Part shown: piece by piece, positions 1 through 15,300 of the stretch
Layout: each line of letters opens with the position of its first letter
Numbering within the stretch: position 1 is the stretch's first letter
Source: Styela clava
Taxonomy: Eukaryota
Assembly (NCBI RefSeq): GCF_964204865.1
Contig: NC_135253.1
Coordinates: forward strand, 16,182,001-16,246,000
Reading direction: 5' to 3'
DNA length: 64,000 nt
Notes under the pieces: generated by a model
Database searches by the model: none
What the model saw: only the letters and a program-made list of their open reading frames with translations
What the model was told of the DNA's origin: nothing
Position numbers and translations under genes: made by a program

Positions 1-336
1 ATGAAAGAAATCTTACTACTACATACTAGTATGATTTTGATTCCAAATTCTATAAAAAAATTTATAACTCATCTAGCAGTCACATCAACAGCTGTTTAAA
101 TATTCATTTTCCATCTTTACCACTTGGTTTGCAAGCATCATTTGCGTGAATTAAGGTATGATGCTGCTGAATGATTCAAAATAATACCTCACAAAATAAC
201 ACATAATTTATTGAAACTTTAGCTTAAACCGCACAATTTGTGCTAAGGCTGCATCAAGCATTAAACAATATGCCACAATGCGCCAACATGAACTTTTTAT
301 TCAATTCAAATATAATTATATTAAATGAGTGTGTAC

Positions 337-3300
337 CTTTCTAAGAAGAAGTCCATGACTTATGTTTTCTGCCAACATATAACTGGTGACCAAGTGATGA
401 ACTGGTCCTGCTTCTCCACAATGTGGCCTCAAGTTGAAAAGAGAAAATCCACGCTCTCTAAAATGATATGAGATATTTCAGAAAATGGTATTATTAACCC
501 TTTCCATGAGACTTTTATTTTTTATTAAGTTTTTTTAAAAGTGGTGGTCTGAGTCACAAACCGGATAGAAAAAAGGCATTTTTTTCTTGGGAGTTGAAAC
601 TTCAAACCGTGATAAAAAATAGAAATATTCGCTGAATCCTTTACTGTTACCGCTTCGTGGTTAGCAAACAATAGCATAATATTGCTGTAGCAATTTCGTG
701 ATCTAACTCAAAATACTTTGGTAGAAGGAAGGGATAATATGTCTTTTATTACCACCCAAAAACCACCGAAATTTGCATAAATTTCAAAAACACTCCCTCG
801 TTCCGCCGCAAATAAAATTCCTGTCGTAAACGAAAGCGAGATTTATCGTCGCTATGTTAATCTCGAAGAAGACTTCTTATCAATAAACTAAAACCCGGAA
901 AAACTAGACCAACACTTTGCGACCGATTGCTAAATAAAACAGTGCAGTACATCAACGTACCCACCGCAATCTAGCGACTTTTGTCGTTGGTACGTATACG
1001 TGCCCACCGCACGGAAAGGATTAATGCAAATTGTATAGATAACAATGGAGTGATAATTTATCCTAAAAATTCGACGTTCTCCATAGTTTACAATTATTCT
1101 TCAGTCAAAGGAAGAACATATCTAATCCAAATCTTGAAGGCTATTATTATTACCGAATCATCAAACTCCATACAGTAAAAGAAATAAACGAGTTCCAAAA
1201 TGGCACTCCGCACGGAGCTTCAAATCATGACATTTCTAATAGTGACGAAATCACAACACATTACTTTACAACACTTCTCTAATCAAGTTTTTGTAAAATT
1301 AATACAACAAAAAAGTCTGAATTGTGACGAAAAGAATTGAAATTTCCCTCAGAAATTCAGGAAGAGATGAGTTTTTTAAGAATTTAAATAGTTTATTGGA
1401 GAAATATAAGGTTTGAATATTAAAAGGTTTGAATATTTGGAAAAAATTGAATTTTCCTGGATTTCAGAGCTCAAGTCAAAATTTTCCCTAATTCTGAGTC
1501 AAATCAAAACCAAAATTTTTGATTGTAAATTTTTTCAAATCCAAAGTCTTGCTTTAAGTTAGTTATCCACAATATACATACTTTCGTAGCTGATTGAGCA
1601 CGGCCATATTGGCATACATATAGTAGATGTAGTAAGAGTAAGGAGGGTTATCACTCGTCCAGTTTTCAGGATACGGAGAATCACGAGTGAAAACATGATG
1701 TTCACTTTTAGATTCATCATCAACAGAATCAAATCCCGTAACCTGAAAAAGTTTTTTAATAACGGTAAATGTCAGTAAATTAGAATATTATGCATTCAAG
1801 AGTCCGGCTTGTCATTGTTGTAAACTGCTTGTCTGAGGAAGTCTGATTTTGGTCGGACGAAACGTTACAAAAATACATTTGAGTTAGTGTGCAGCTGGAC
1901 TCTTGAATGCATATCATGGTATTTTTATTCCTGCTACAGCATCCTTGCAATTGCAATATACGCATACAGAGCGCAAAGGCATTGAGGAAAGATTGGGAGT
2001 TAGTCTCTCCCAACCTCTACTAATAGTTAAATTAGAATATATTTGAAAATATATAATTTTAGCGGTAGACAAAGCAGATTAACATAACTCAAGCATCAAA
2101 GAAGGTAAAACAAGAATTCAGTATGTGAAATTCTGAACTAATACCATAATTCTGTGGGCCTGATGGCCAAGCGGTTAAAGCATTAGACTTAATGGTGTTG
2201 GCATCATAGCTAAGACAATTCGGGTTCAATTCCCATTCCCCAATCATGGCTACTAGTACAGGGCCTCCTTCAGAGAAAAAGGCGTAACTAAGAATCATAC
2301 AAAAACTAAAATAAAACATTTCTTACATGTTGAAGAAATAGATGAAGTTCAGGATGAGATGAAGGATCGATGGTTGCTTCAAACAAAGGTCTGAACAAGT
2401 TTTCGATAAATTCGCTGAAGTTTTTCAATGACTTTTTCGCTCGATAAACATCACTGAAAAAATTTGAATAACTGACAATTACAGTTTCTAAAGTATGCCT
2501 CTTATCTGACAAGTCAGATCTTATCTGATGATAAGATGAGTGATAAATCAAATTAAGTGATAATCGTTAAGTGTACTTCTATTGTGTTTCTGACAACTAG
2601 TGTTTTTCCAGATTATTCAATGTGATCAGTTAATGATGACTTATATGCAGGGCTGGGAACGGTTAACCGATTTCAGATGGTTAACGGTTACGATTTATTT
2701 TAACCGCTAACTGACATCTCAGGTACAAATCATCTTCATACCGTACAATTTCTTCAAATATGATTACGTCATCGCAAATTTATATTTTGTGGCATTTAAT
2801 TCAAAAGAATATTACTAACTGTGTGGGTAAGGACTCAATAAATGTGAAAAATAGTGGAAGTACCAAGATTGCTGGTTATGGAAATTTGACAATGATGAAT
2901 TCAGAATCAGTTTTCGGTCAATTTCGAAATATATTGTTCACGATTTCATTGCAAAATCGGATATTCAATGTCATACAACAAGTTCGCAGTTGATGCCGTT
3001 TTTCTTTATATGATATGATATATATCTCAAAGTAAAATTTGCATATCGAACACTGATAATTTGTCACATAAATGACGTTTAACAACGGAATAAGGGTTTT
3101 CTAAAATACTTTCACACGCCCGAACCACGCTGCTTATCTCTTGCAGCAGTGCAATCACGAAACTATATCGATTCGTGAATAATTCTAATAAGCGATACGG
3201 GATAAGAACACGCGAAATTGCTTTATAAGCATTGTGACGTAACAAGCTGAAATTATAAATTATTACGTCAAACCAACATCGAAAAGGTATCAGTTGTGAG

Positions 3301-6300
3301 TTCAGTTGTGAAAGGCAGTTGATTCGCAGCGACCGTCGCTCAACAATTCGCGTCATTGCGAAGTTGGAAAAGACAAAAAAAAACGGTTCGCACCAGTTTG
3401 GTTGACACTTTTGGCTTGTGAAAGGTGAGTGCCAAAATGGTGCCAAGGCTGTTGACTGAGGAGCAGAAAGCTCAACGATTAAATGTTGCCCAGTTGACAT
3501 GCATTTTTCCAAGTTTGACACAAAATTTAATGTTAACTCTTTGCCCAATCGTCATTCTGCAATTGAACCCCCTATCGCCAAAAAACTCAATCAGATCTCG
3601 CACGGCAATTTTTTTTTCAACAAGCAATTAATCACATTCACCTACGACTCCTAAAGAGCAAAAATAATTGCGATATTGTGTCAAAAAAGCTGTTGAACAA
3701 AGAACACATATTACACCACACTGTAAAAGTGTTGATTACCAATGGTTAATCGTGTTGCGCAATCTGTGACGTCAGTCTCGTTCCTTTTTAGCCACACCTC
3801 GTATTATATACTTATAGTTAATGATGACGAATATATTTCTAGCGCTCACCGCCATACGCCGAGCACCGGATAGCACAGAATCATGTTCAAAGAAAATGTC
3901 TCATGAAAGCTCTACTTGTTTGAATGTGCAAAAACACTACAATAACTCACAATAATCTTGGAACTTGGATAAGCCATCTGACATTATCACTGTATACATG
4001 ATGTTCAACTGCCCATTTAGCTAATTTATCCCATTCCTGGGTATCTCGTCCATAAACTGACAATCTCAATTCTGAATGCTGGTACTTGCTCTCTTCCAGA
4101 TCATTCATGACTTCCTGAAAGAATAGAAATATTGGAAGGTTGGATAAATAACATTTCTGTAATTGAGAATGTGCTATACAGAAATTTTGTATTAATTCAA
4201 AACAAAAATTAAAAGATTTTCTTATTCAGACATCAAACGAGTTTTCAGAAAAAAAAAATCATTTATGGATGTAGAAATAAGTAACTGTGAGAAGCAAAAT
4301 GTTCCCCATTTGGAACGACAAAAATTTCTATAAGGCACATACATTATTTAAGTTGTCTAATCATACTAACAATGTACTAAGTTCCCATAACTTGTCATCA
4401 CAAAAAAACAAGTACACAGGAATTGATACAGAAAATAAGTATAATATTAACTACTATATGAAATTTAGAAAAATTAATAAAATTTCATTCAAAAAATTGT
4501 CTCGATTACCGAGAGGTTAATACATGATAAAGCTAAAATGATGAAAAACATTGAGATAAAGAAATTAGGTATAGTTCAGCATAATTTGTAAATGGATTCT
4601 CGACTTGCCAATATCTAATGATCAAAGATTATTTCTATCTAATATTAATAGTTTTTCCAATAATTAATAAAGCAAAAAATTTTTTGAGAAAACCTTGATG
4701 ACGTGACCAAAAAACTTTCCGCGACAGTAATTGTCTGTTTTTATGTAAATTTCCCTCAAAATGCTCTGACCGATGGGGTTGTATTTTAAGTTGAACTTGT
4801 CAAATCTGGAATGAAAATAGAAAAATTACACACTATGTAGACTGTAAGACAAAAGATGAGATCAGAGTGGAGCTTTATCCATATTAAAACACAATAACGA
4901 TTTTAAAAAGATACGAATATATTGCCCAATTTATGAATTTGTACTCTTCGGTATATTATTTTAACTATTACGAAATGCTCAATTTTCATTTTAATCTTCA
5001 AACCCTTCAAAAGTAATTCTCTTACTGCAGTAATTGACAAATATTGTCTATGTTTACACAGATAATATCTTATCTATATCAGCATTTATTTATTCAATAT
5101 GATAAGATAAAAAGCAAATATTTAATCTCATCATTGAGAATGTGTACTGTGAACTATACTTGACTTTTTCATATCTGCAAACGTCGGGCATGACCTTATA
5201 AATGGCGGCAAACCAGCAATAAATAAGTGACAGATAAGTCAATGCCTATAATAAAATTACTGGTACTTTGTCAAAACTGACTAAATACATCAAAAATGCA
5301 TTTTAGTATATTCACGTACCAACAAAATTTTTTTATGTCAAATAGGTTCGTTTTAAAATTACCTGTGAAACAAATTTCTATCGGCATGTACATCCAATGT
5401 GTCAACACTCAGATCATAAGCTGTAACATTGATTGATTCGAACACCTAAAAATTTTGAACACATATATTACTAATCTAGATCATGTATACGAATAGGCAG
5501 AAGACACTATATGATGAGGTAATTTGGTTAAAAGGAGTGAAATAGAATTCTTATGACAGAGACTCTCAACGGAGGAGGTAAAGTTTACATGAAAGAAATT
5601 TTACTACATTAATTTCATTCCACATCATGATGAAATACGGTAGTGTACCAAAAAAATCGGAATTTGCATATTCTTTGTTACGTAATAAATGTTGTTATGT
5701 TCTAATTATGAATAAGAAAAACTAAACGCAATTCTAGATTTCTGCACCCACAGTTAATTCTACAGTGAAATTCCTTTTCCAGAGGGGTTATAGGTATTTG
5801 TAAGAGTTAAAATATAAAGAATTTTACTTTAAAAAATTGGTAAAAGGGTCAATGAGAATAGTTGAGATCCCCTGATTTATGATTTGGGTTACTAATATAG
5901 AGTTTGGTAAAACATTCCAACAGAAGAATTATTAATAATAGGTATGACTAATTCTATGAAAAAAATTCTTACCATTAAATATTTTAGATCTAAAGCTCAC
6001 AAAATTTCGAATATAGGAAGTTTAAAAAGTGGAAAGTAGAAAAAAATGATTACTTCTTTCAAGGTGTATGTTTTTCCATCTTTTTCATAGACAAAATCAT
6101 CTGCGTTTTTCTTCAATGTCATTTTGATGAAACGGAGTAAATGTTTTTGATTCATACACGCTGATGCATGAATATGAGTATCAACCTAAATGAAAAAAGA
6201 ATTTAATGAGGATTAATAAGGTCTCAAGACAAAAGGGCAAACATTCAATTTGGAAAAACAATATCCCAAAATATGCCTCCCTAGTATCTAATTATAAAGT

Positions 6301-9300
6301 TATTCTTCCCAACTTTGTCCAGGTGGTCTACATCGCGATTACGGGGGTCTACAGATGAAGCGCTAATTATATTAAATGAGTAGTACATTTCATTAAAGTT
6401 GTTGCTCTTTTCATATGTTGTTAAATAAACTGAAATAAACGAAAGAGCACCTGTTAGACTAGTGCTTGGATTAGTGTTAAATTGGATCTCGATGCTTGTG
6501 AATAACAAGCAGCCACAAGGTTCTCACTGAAACTTTCGTTAGTCCTTTTTACTAATGAAACTTATAAATTCATTTTAAAAAAACTTTTTGTTTGGATTAC
6601 TAGGAAACCAGCGGATAGCAGTGTGACAAAACCACCTCAATCTAGGTGATCTTAGATTCTGAATTGAAAAGGGGAATAATAAAATAAATCTATCATAGCT
6701 ACACCAATTAAAGTGCTTTAATCATAGAATATTTAAAATTGGAATCGTAATGAAAATGCAAAGTTAGTACCTGAATCAAGCTTAATGAAAAGCTCAAACT
6801 CGACAAGCAAGGGCCACAGGCATACCTTCCTGGCAGTCCAAAATTGAATATGGTAATAATACTGAGTACACTAAAATTAAATAGTTCTATTAAGACAGCA
6901 AGTGATTTAACTTGGTTGGATATCTCCAATAAACACTTAGGGGTCTATACGACTTTGCATAAAAATTTAGGCAAAACAGCGAAAAAAAGTTGGAAAGCCC
7001 CGAGTTATTGCAATATTCACCGAAGTATTCCAATATAAAGTTACAGCAGTAGAAAGAAAAAAATACGCTTTTCAAATTTCTCAATTATTTTTTAGGTTTT
7101 ATTTTTTGGGGTTAAAGCTTTTAAATTGTGAAATAAAAAAAAGTGTTTTACAAAATTGTCCAAGTGATATAGAAAATATGAAATTGGCAAAATGAATAAC
7201 AATTGGTCTACCTTTCTTGAGTTATAAAAATCTCTATGCGGAACTTCTTTCTGAGATGCGAGTTCTTTTGTTTCATTGAGCAGAACATGAAGTTGAAATT
7301 TTGATGAGAGATAAGATAAACGACGATAACAGAATGATTTGCTGAATTGTTGAAAAATGAAATGGTAATACATGCTAGACTGGATGTGCAGGACAATAGG
7401 TGTCAACAATACCAGCGGACTCAGAATGGACCTAAGCTTATGGAGATCACTTATGAAGACCATGATTTCATAACAACAAATAACTGGATAACTAATTCCA
7501 TACCCAACATGGAATGGTAGTCAGGCAAGAGGCCGTGGTTTCCCATGTGACTAAGCAGTCTCATCGGTTTTTATTTTCCTTGGGATAACATAAAGTCCTA
7601 TTCTACGATCCAAAAATGAATCATAATAAGGATGGCACATATAAACGACCACGTTTTGATACTTACAGAGGTCCATCAACAATCAGTGCCATCATATGAT
7701 TCAGATCCATGATAAATTCAGCGAGATCTGGGTATGTGAGTTCCAATGGGTCTTCTCTGTAAACAAATTTGAAAAATGAGAAAAAACTTTTAATTGTAAA
7801 ATAAAATATTACACACATCAGTACTTGGTAACAGTCCTTCTACAAGGTATAATAAAAATTGAAACCCTTATATCAGATTTGAGTCCCGCTGCAGGGAAAC
7901 AGCATTTGAGCTGATATTTCACGGTAGTGGTCACACTTAAGAACTTCAATTGGTTTGGAGGTGAGTTGAAAACACAGTTTGAATATAATGCGACTCCGTA
8001 GCTGGAGCCAGGGATACAACTTTTTTTCAAACTAGTTCTCCAGCCCTGACTGGGATAAGTATAAATTAAGTGTTTATCGCTGATTAAGGGTACGTAAATA
8101 AGTGATATCTATTAGGAATGGAATATACGGCCCTCCAGAAGTGTGTGTACCAATATGGAGGTCACTAATTTTGTCCGCCTACTTTATATCAAGTTGTGTA
8201 AAGGGAATGAAGCCTATGGGCAGGGGGTCTATTCACTTGGCTAACACAGACAGTCCCAGAACTCGTAATAGAACTAAAATAAGGAAAATTATATCCTAAC
8301 CCTAACCTGGTACACAAACTACGGGACTACCGAAAATACAATTCTATAGTCTTAGTTTCTGGTAGATTTCATGCCGTTGTAGCATTGCTTACCTTGTCAA
8401 AGCATGTTCATCTGAGTATACATGATAAACACCATGCTGTAATTTCAGCTTATAACCGAGGTCTGGAGGAACATTTTTCACTTTATCTTCTGTGTAAGGA
8501 CTTTGATACTCGGGTGGTGGATGGTATGGAACATCTGAAAACAATATATAATAGTAAAAACTTCTTAATATTACTGATATAAGTTCAAATAAATAAATAT
8601 TACCTTCACTCAATTCTTTTTCATCAGGGAGATATAACTCCGGTTCCTTTCCATCTGCCTGTTAACACAAAATATTCAAGTCATAATAATGTTTGAATAT
8701 CGCAATCTTCAACAGATATCGTTGTGCTTGTCATCAATTGAAGAAATCGATTTGTTACCTCAATATGGTGTATAAACAATTCGGTACTCCCGAAGTATAT
8801 GAACTAAGATGGCGGACACCGGAACAAAGTATGTTTACCAGGATAGGGTTAGGCCATAATTTCAGGTACAAGTCCCCGAACTCGTAATAGAACTAAAACA
8901 AGAAAAATTGGAAGAAAATTATGGCCTAACCCAAACCTGGTACACATACTACATTCCGGTGTCCGCCATCTTGGTTCACATACTTCAGGAGCGTCTAATT
9001 TATTACCTGCATATGATCCCAAACATTAGATAGTAAGTTGAAATAATTATTACTTATAGATCGGTAAGTATATTGATAGGTATTTGTCTGTATGTATATC
9101 TGTCTATGTGTGTGTCTGTTAGATGAACGCGATATCTCGCGAATGCGAGGTTGAATCTGCTCCAAATTTTGCATGTGCATTCATCTTTTCTCGGACCAGA
9201 AACCTATTGATTTTGGGCGAATTATGTCGTATAATTAGCGAGTTATCAATCAATTATTGATATAGTGATCTAGATTTTTGTAAAGCGAGAGAATTCTGAG

Positions 9301-12300
9301 ACCCGCCGAGTGTGTGTGTGCGATGCGCAGTGCGCAAGTTACAAGAGCGGATGAATCGAAACTGCAGTTTCTGTTTTGGGGGATCCCCTAACTATCGATC
9401 GATAAGTCTTCGGTTCCCAACCGATATTCTCGTTTCAGTTTCACCGACTAATTTTGCCAACAAAACAAATCTACAAAACTATTTGATTCACTTTACAATT
9501 TCCTAATTTTAATACCCACAAAAGACAAAAACAGAAATGGCGTTTTTGGTCTAAGAGTTTGGCTGATAAATGAAGCATTGCATTACCATTCTCATATATC
9601 GTGCGGTTGTGCGATGAACACTCTGTAAAGCTTGCTTCATATATTTCTCTCGGATAAATAAAGCTTCTGTAAGACTTTCCGATGCTTCCTCAAGATCCTG
9701 CATAGGAACCTGTAAACAGAGATACAATTATCCAATTTCTTATAATCATTCACATAGCAAAATATTACGAAAGAATTAGAATCAAAATCCAAGGAAATAA
9801 ATTTTTATTTTCAAAATTGTTCTTTGCAGTACATATACTTTTTATTGTTTTGGTAATAATAATAGTGCTCAATAGTCTTAAAGGCATTTACATGTATTTC
9901 CGATACAGGTCAACCTGAGTACGCATTAGCTGTCGCTGCTTTCGTGGTCCCCTGTGACCCCCGTGACTTTTAAGATAATCATGGATTTTTTTGATAATAG
10001 TATTATATAGTTTTGACAAATAGTTCAATTGGTTGACTTTTTACCCTGAACCTACCCCAGCATATTCCACTCCTGATACTCTAATTCTGTGAAACTGATC
10101 TTCATCGTCTTCTTCCTGGTCACCCAGCTCTCCTGAACTTTGACCCCTTTTACTAAAGCAATAAGAATAAGCTTCAGATATGTATACAGGAGTACTTATT
10201 TTATAATTCTACTTACTTATCTGCAAAGAATTTTAGTTTCAATTATGGCATGGGAACTGATATAAAACATAGATAGGCCTATATAGGTACTCCCAAAGTA
10301 TGTGAACCAAGATGGTGGACACCGGAACGTAGTATGTGTACCAAGTTAGGGTTAGGCCATAATTCCAGGTACAAATACTACGGGAGTCACTCAGCTAGTC
10401 CCCAAACTCAAAGAGAACTAAAATAAGGAAAATTGGAATAAAATTATGGCCTAACCCTAACCTGGTACACATACTACGTTCTGGTGTCCGCCATCTTGGT
10501 TCACATACTTCGGGAGTACCGATATATATATTTGAGCAGAGAGAGTGAGATATTCAAGATTCAAAAACTGGCAATATCGAGTCGTCTAACATTTGCAGTC
10601 GTCTAATCAGTCAATAGGCAGAATGCATACATAAGATTTCCAATAAAAAAGTACTACGAAATAGATTTTTGTTTAAAGCTATAGTGATTATTTTAAAAAA
10701 CTACTTCAAAATGGGAAAGATGATTTTTCTACTTCAATCAACAAAATCTAAATTTAAAATCCAGTAAAACACAGAACTATGTTAGGAAAATGATTGGAGT
10801 TACTGTATAAAATGAATTACATTAAACCTCACAAGCAATCTCTCAAAAATTACTTTAAAAGATTCTTAAAATGTTAGATATATTATAAAAATTTCACACT
10901 ATCTACTAAGCTTTGAATAAAATGCCATTCACATTTATGCAAATGACATTTTATATAGGAATCATATTTGAATGCATGTTTATTATTTCACTTCAATTTA
11001 GAATCCAAGTCATCAATTTTGTATGAAGCCAAACAGTATACAGTGCTCAAAATAAACTCCATTTTCCATAAATCATTGACAAATATTTGATAACGTACTT
11101 GGTTATAGTTATATAATTGGAAGCCAATTTCTAGTCATGTGGTCTAAATACAGCGCAATATGCATGAGTTTTACATATTATGTAGCTAATGGCAATGGTA
11201 ACCCAATGTGGGAGTTATAGTGCTATAGTGAACTATTGTGATGTCATAAATGAATGGAATGAAAAGCCAAGAAAGCATGTTATCATTCGGTCTAAATTGC
11301 ATCGAGCATGCATATGTTGCAAAGTCAAATGCATCAAACTAGAAAACCCAAAAACTTGTCGACTGGTGTTGAAATCTGAATCTAACCTTGAGTCATGAAA
11401 ACTCCACGACCTGAGAAAAAAGTTCGGTTAGACAGTGATACAAATATACTACATTTAAATATGGACAGATAATAATAACACAATTATATAATTTGACGCT
11501 ATTCATGTAAAAAAAAAACATGAATCAGGAACAAATAACTGGTTAACTATTCCCATACCCAACATGGTTTGGTAACTGGATGAAAAACCTTGGTTCGTAA
11601 TATCAAGTCTTGTCGGCTTTCCTCAGCCCTCGATAAATTTGAAAAATCCTATTCTAACAGTTCAAATTCTATTGAAATTTTATAAAAAAAAATTAAATTT
11701 TTTTCAGACAACTTTATCTTGTCTCGATGAGTCAAAAAAAAAAATACTCACTCTTTCAATACAGGCATCGGAAGATGGTGAAGAGTAGATAAAGACGGTC
11801 GAGAACGGTTAATTGGGACAGGAGGAGGAGGTTCAAGGACATCTCCACTATCTTTCGTTTTCAATTTCGTCATTTCCATGATAGCAGCTATTCGGCTCGT
11901 TTTCCAACGTGATTTCTTGCTCCCACTATTTGCATAGTAATTTGTGATGCAATGACCAAACCATCATTGATTTGGATGTAGATTTTATGAAGGTGAATGA
12001 ATGAAGGTTGCACAGGATGGATCACAAACGACAGAGGTTGTTAAGAAGATCGGAGATGAACAAACACAATGCACATAGAAGTGAAACACTAAATTAGTAA
12101 ACTCGCTACTACAAGGTAAATAAAAGCACATCACACACTTTACACATTTATCTACGGAAGCAAGATAAGCTAGAAAAATCCTTTCTGACAAAAGTGCTTA
12201 TAATAGGCCGAAGATTTCGATGTTCGAATATCGGTGAAACAATTTAAAAAATCATGTAACATGAGCAAAATACAGATCTAAAATAAATTTATGTTGTGCC

Positions 12301-15300
12301 TGGACATTAAAACTTCAGGGCAATTTCTACAAACACAATTGATTTTTTAATCACTTGTTTTCAATATTTTATGCATCAATAATTGCAAGATGCATATTAA
12401 ATCGCAGGTCTCTTATCTTCATTTAATTTCTAAAGTCATTTAATAACAGTCCTTACTAGATGCATGTACTAAAAAGGTACCCATTAAAGATGAAAAGTGG
12501 TACTTTAATATATTGAAAGGGCACATAACGATCTAAAGTTTACCATTATAAATTCACTTAATGATAAAATCTCTTTTCAGTGAGGTTTAGCCCCATAATT
12601 AGTGCTAGATTCCGCTGACCTAAGTTTTGCATTGCAAATATTTGATTTCTAATATTTACTGAATGCTTGTTTCCCTTTCCATTTTTTATCTTTTCGGCTG
12701 ATTGGGCATGTTAACCTATTTAAACCAATTTTGTCCACTTCACCTAACTTTTATTTTTTTGTAGTAATAACAAAATTATTCACATTTATTGCGTTTTCAG
12801 AATTTAACAGAACATCTGTGTATATTTTTTTGAATTTTGCAATTACTCATTTAAACTGGAGGTACATTTTGTGTTTAAAATTAACAAATTGTAATAAGTG
12901 TAATGGGATATTATGTCTGGACTGTTATGTAAAACGAGTTAATTTTACTGAATTTCCAAAAGTGACAAATCCGATGAAATCAAATCAGAAATGGTTTGGT
13001 TCCGAGTAGTAAAAATTGATACACCCCTTGTCGGATGATTTTAGAATAACACAAAATAATGATTGGACTCGATTTTCAAATCATTCCGCCAGTTGTTATG
13101 TAATGTGACACCACTGCTTTTGATTGTTTTCATACCTCAATATTATTAATGTTATTGAGTCGACTCTCGCAATATGTACGGCGATATAATGCAGACTAAT
13201 CCCGCCGTCACCGCCAGTCTACGGTATAGTTATGTCACAATAACATGTCATAAATTCCCAATACATCAACTGACAATATATAATTAATAACAAGATAAAA
13301 GCCTTCGGCGCCTAGTACTTATTTATAGATCCGATCTGAACCCGCGAAAGTAGGCGATTCGGATCGTGATAGGGTCGTGTAGACTGGTATGTTAAAATCG
13401 TGGTCAATATTAATAACCGTCCTTCTACAACTTTCCATTAATTCCGCACAAAAAAGCAACCGAAAAAATGTTATTGCAATAACTTGCGACGCGTCTCACG
13501 AGGTAAAATCAAACATACGACAAAAGGGGCGGGTGGTGGGCGTGTCGTACGAACTTGAATGGCAAAACGAGCAATGCAACATAGTTACAATATACGCTGA
13601 GGTCAATAACAACTCATTAAAGCTCAAATCTTTTAATTTAAAACCGCCTGAAGGGTGAGAACATTTTAAATTTTGCAATTACGGCATCTAGGTAACAACT
13701 AACAACAAATTTCGGTAATAAAATTGTTGATTCGTGCACGAAATTGTTTTAAATTTCTTTGTTCTCTTATCCCGTCGAATCAACGTGACACTAAATAATC
13801 AATTAGAACGAAAACCGATGTGACGAAGCAATGACGAGGGACCGTAGAAATTTATAACGTGTGATTAATAATAGCTCAAAATTTGTATGTAAGTGCGAGG
13901 AAAATAACATTTTTTTTATTCAGCGAACGTGATAATAAATTTTAGGGCGGATATGTCAAAAAGTTTGACTTGTAGTTGTAATACATCATTAAGAAATACG
14001 ATAATTTTTAACCGTTAGCGATTATTAGTTATAGATCTTTTTTATTCGACATTATATTCTCTTTCCACTCCGAACAAGGATGTGCGCAAGCAGAAATTGC
14101 TAGGTTGGAACTAGGAAGTCACAATACCCAAGAAGGATTTATTTATAAGTAAACCACAAATACGGTATGTGATCTCATGTGATGGGTAATGACGTACTTT
14201 AACTAAAAAAAACATCGGCTTTTGTTGTTTTGTCAAAATCGTACTTCGCAGCACAACTCGGATCTTTTGAAGAGAGCCCTCACGATAAAACCGCCACCGC
14301 TCGCAAAAAAAGAGTCGTAATTCTACAGTCAGGGTTAGAAATACAGATTTACTGGATATTTAAATTTTCAAATCATCCCTAGCCCGAACACTAACCTTAA
14401 CTAGACAATTACTAATTTTTTATTTTAAAACATGACGGGATGTTTTTCTCAAATCTCACATTTTCACATCAGTGGCGCGGAAGATCTCTGCAAAAGATCC
14501 CACAACTCCTATACATTCCGAAAGACGTTGACCCGATTCGCCGATTTCGTCAAATCTATTCGTTCGAATTTTTTTAATTTTTTCTATACGCAAATCGCAA
14601 TATTTACCATATTGGATAAAAGATAAAACTTTTCCTGCGAAAAACCTCCATTTACCTACTATAACTTAAGCATTCGTGATCTAAACTTGACTCAAACTCA
14701 CTTCGCGCGCGCCGGCAAGATGATAAAAACACCCTCGATTCTGTAGTAACCAATAGACATCAGCAACGAGTTTTTAAATATGCATTCCATCCCAATGAAC
14801 AATTATACTTTATTAAATGATGTTGTAGTGAATTATTGAAATATAATCCGAAACCCGAGCGGAATCTATATTTCTCGTAAATGCGTTACGTCAAGGAGCT
14901 CATCAGAATATTTAAGACAGTATTGAAAAGACATAAATCAGAGTTGAAAAGTAATTTGCCATAATGCAGCTTAACATCACATTAATCATGTGCAATGTAG
15001 CGTTAGTAAGAGCGCCTCTGACAAAATTAATTTAAAGACGACAACGTTGAACAATATAAGTCTACCCGCATGCTTAAAAACGATTTGAAGCGCACACCTT
15101 GGTCGCATAAAGAAAAAACCGTCGAATTCAAGTAGACGAGAAGGTTACATTCAAAAAGCGAGGTGCGAACCCTATCATTCTATCTACCGAACTAACGACA
15201 TACAAATACCGCACTGCATTGGAATATTCTCTTAATATACCAAGTGAACGCGAGTTGTATATGCTTTCGATCTATAATGCCTCGTTCGATAATTTTTATG

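Noticed and set aside
3027-3548. 173-aa minus-strand ORF
   Set aside because: Antisense shadow of the mariner relic; no homology recognised.
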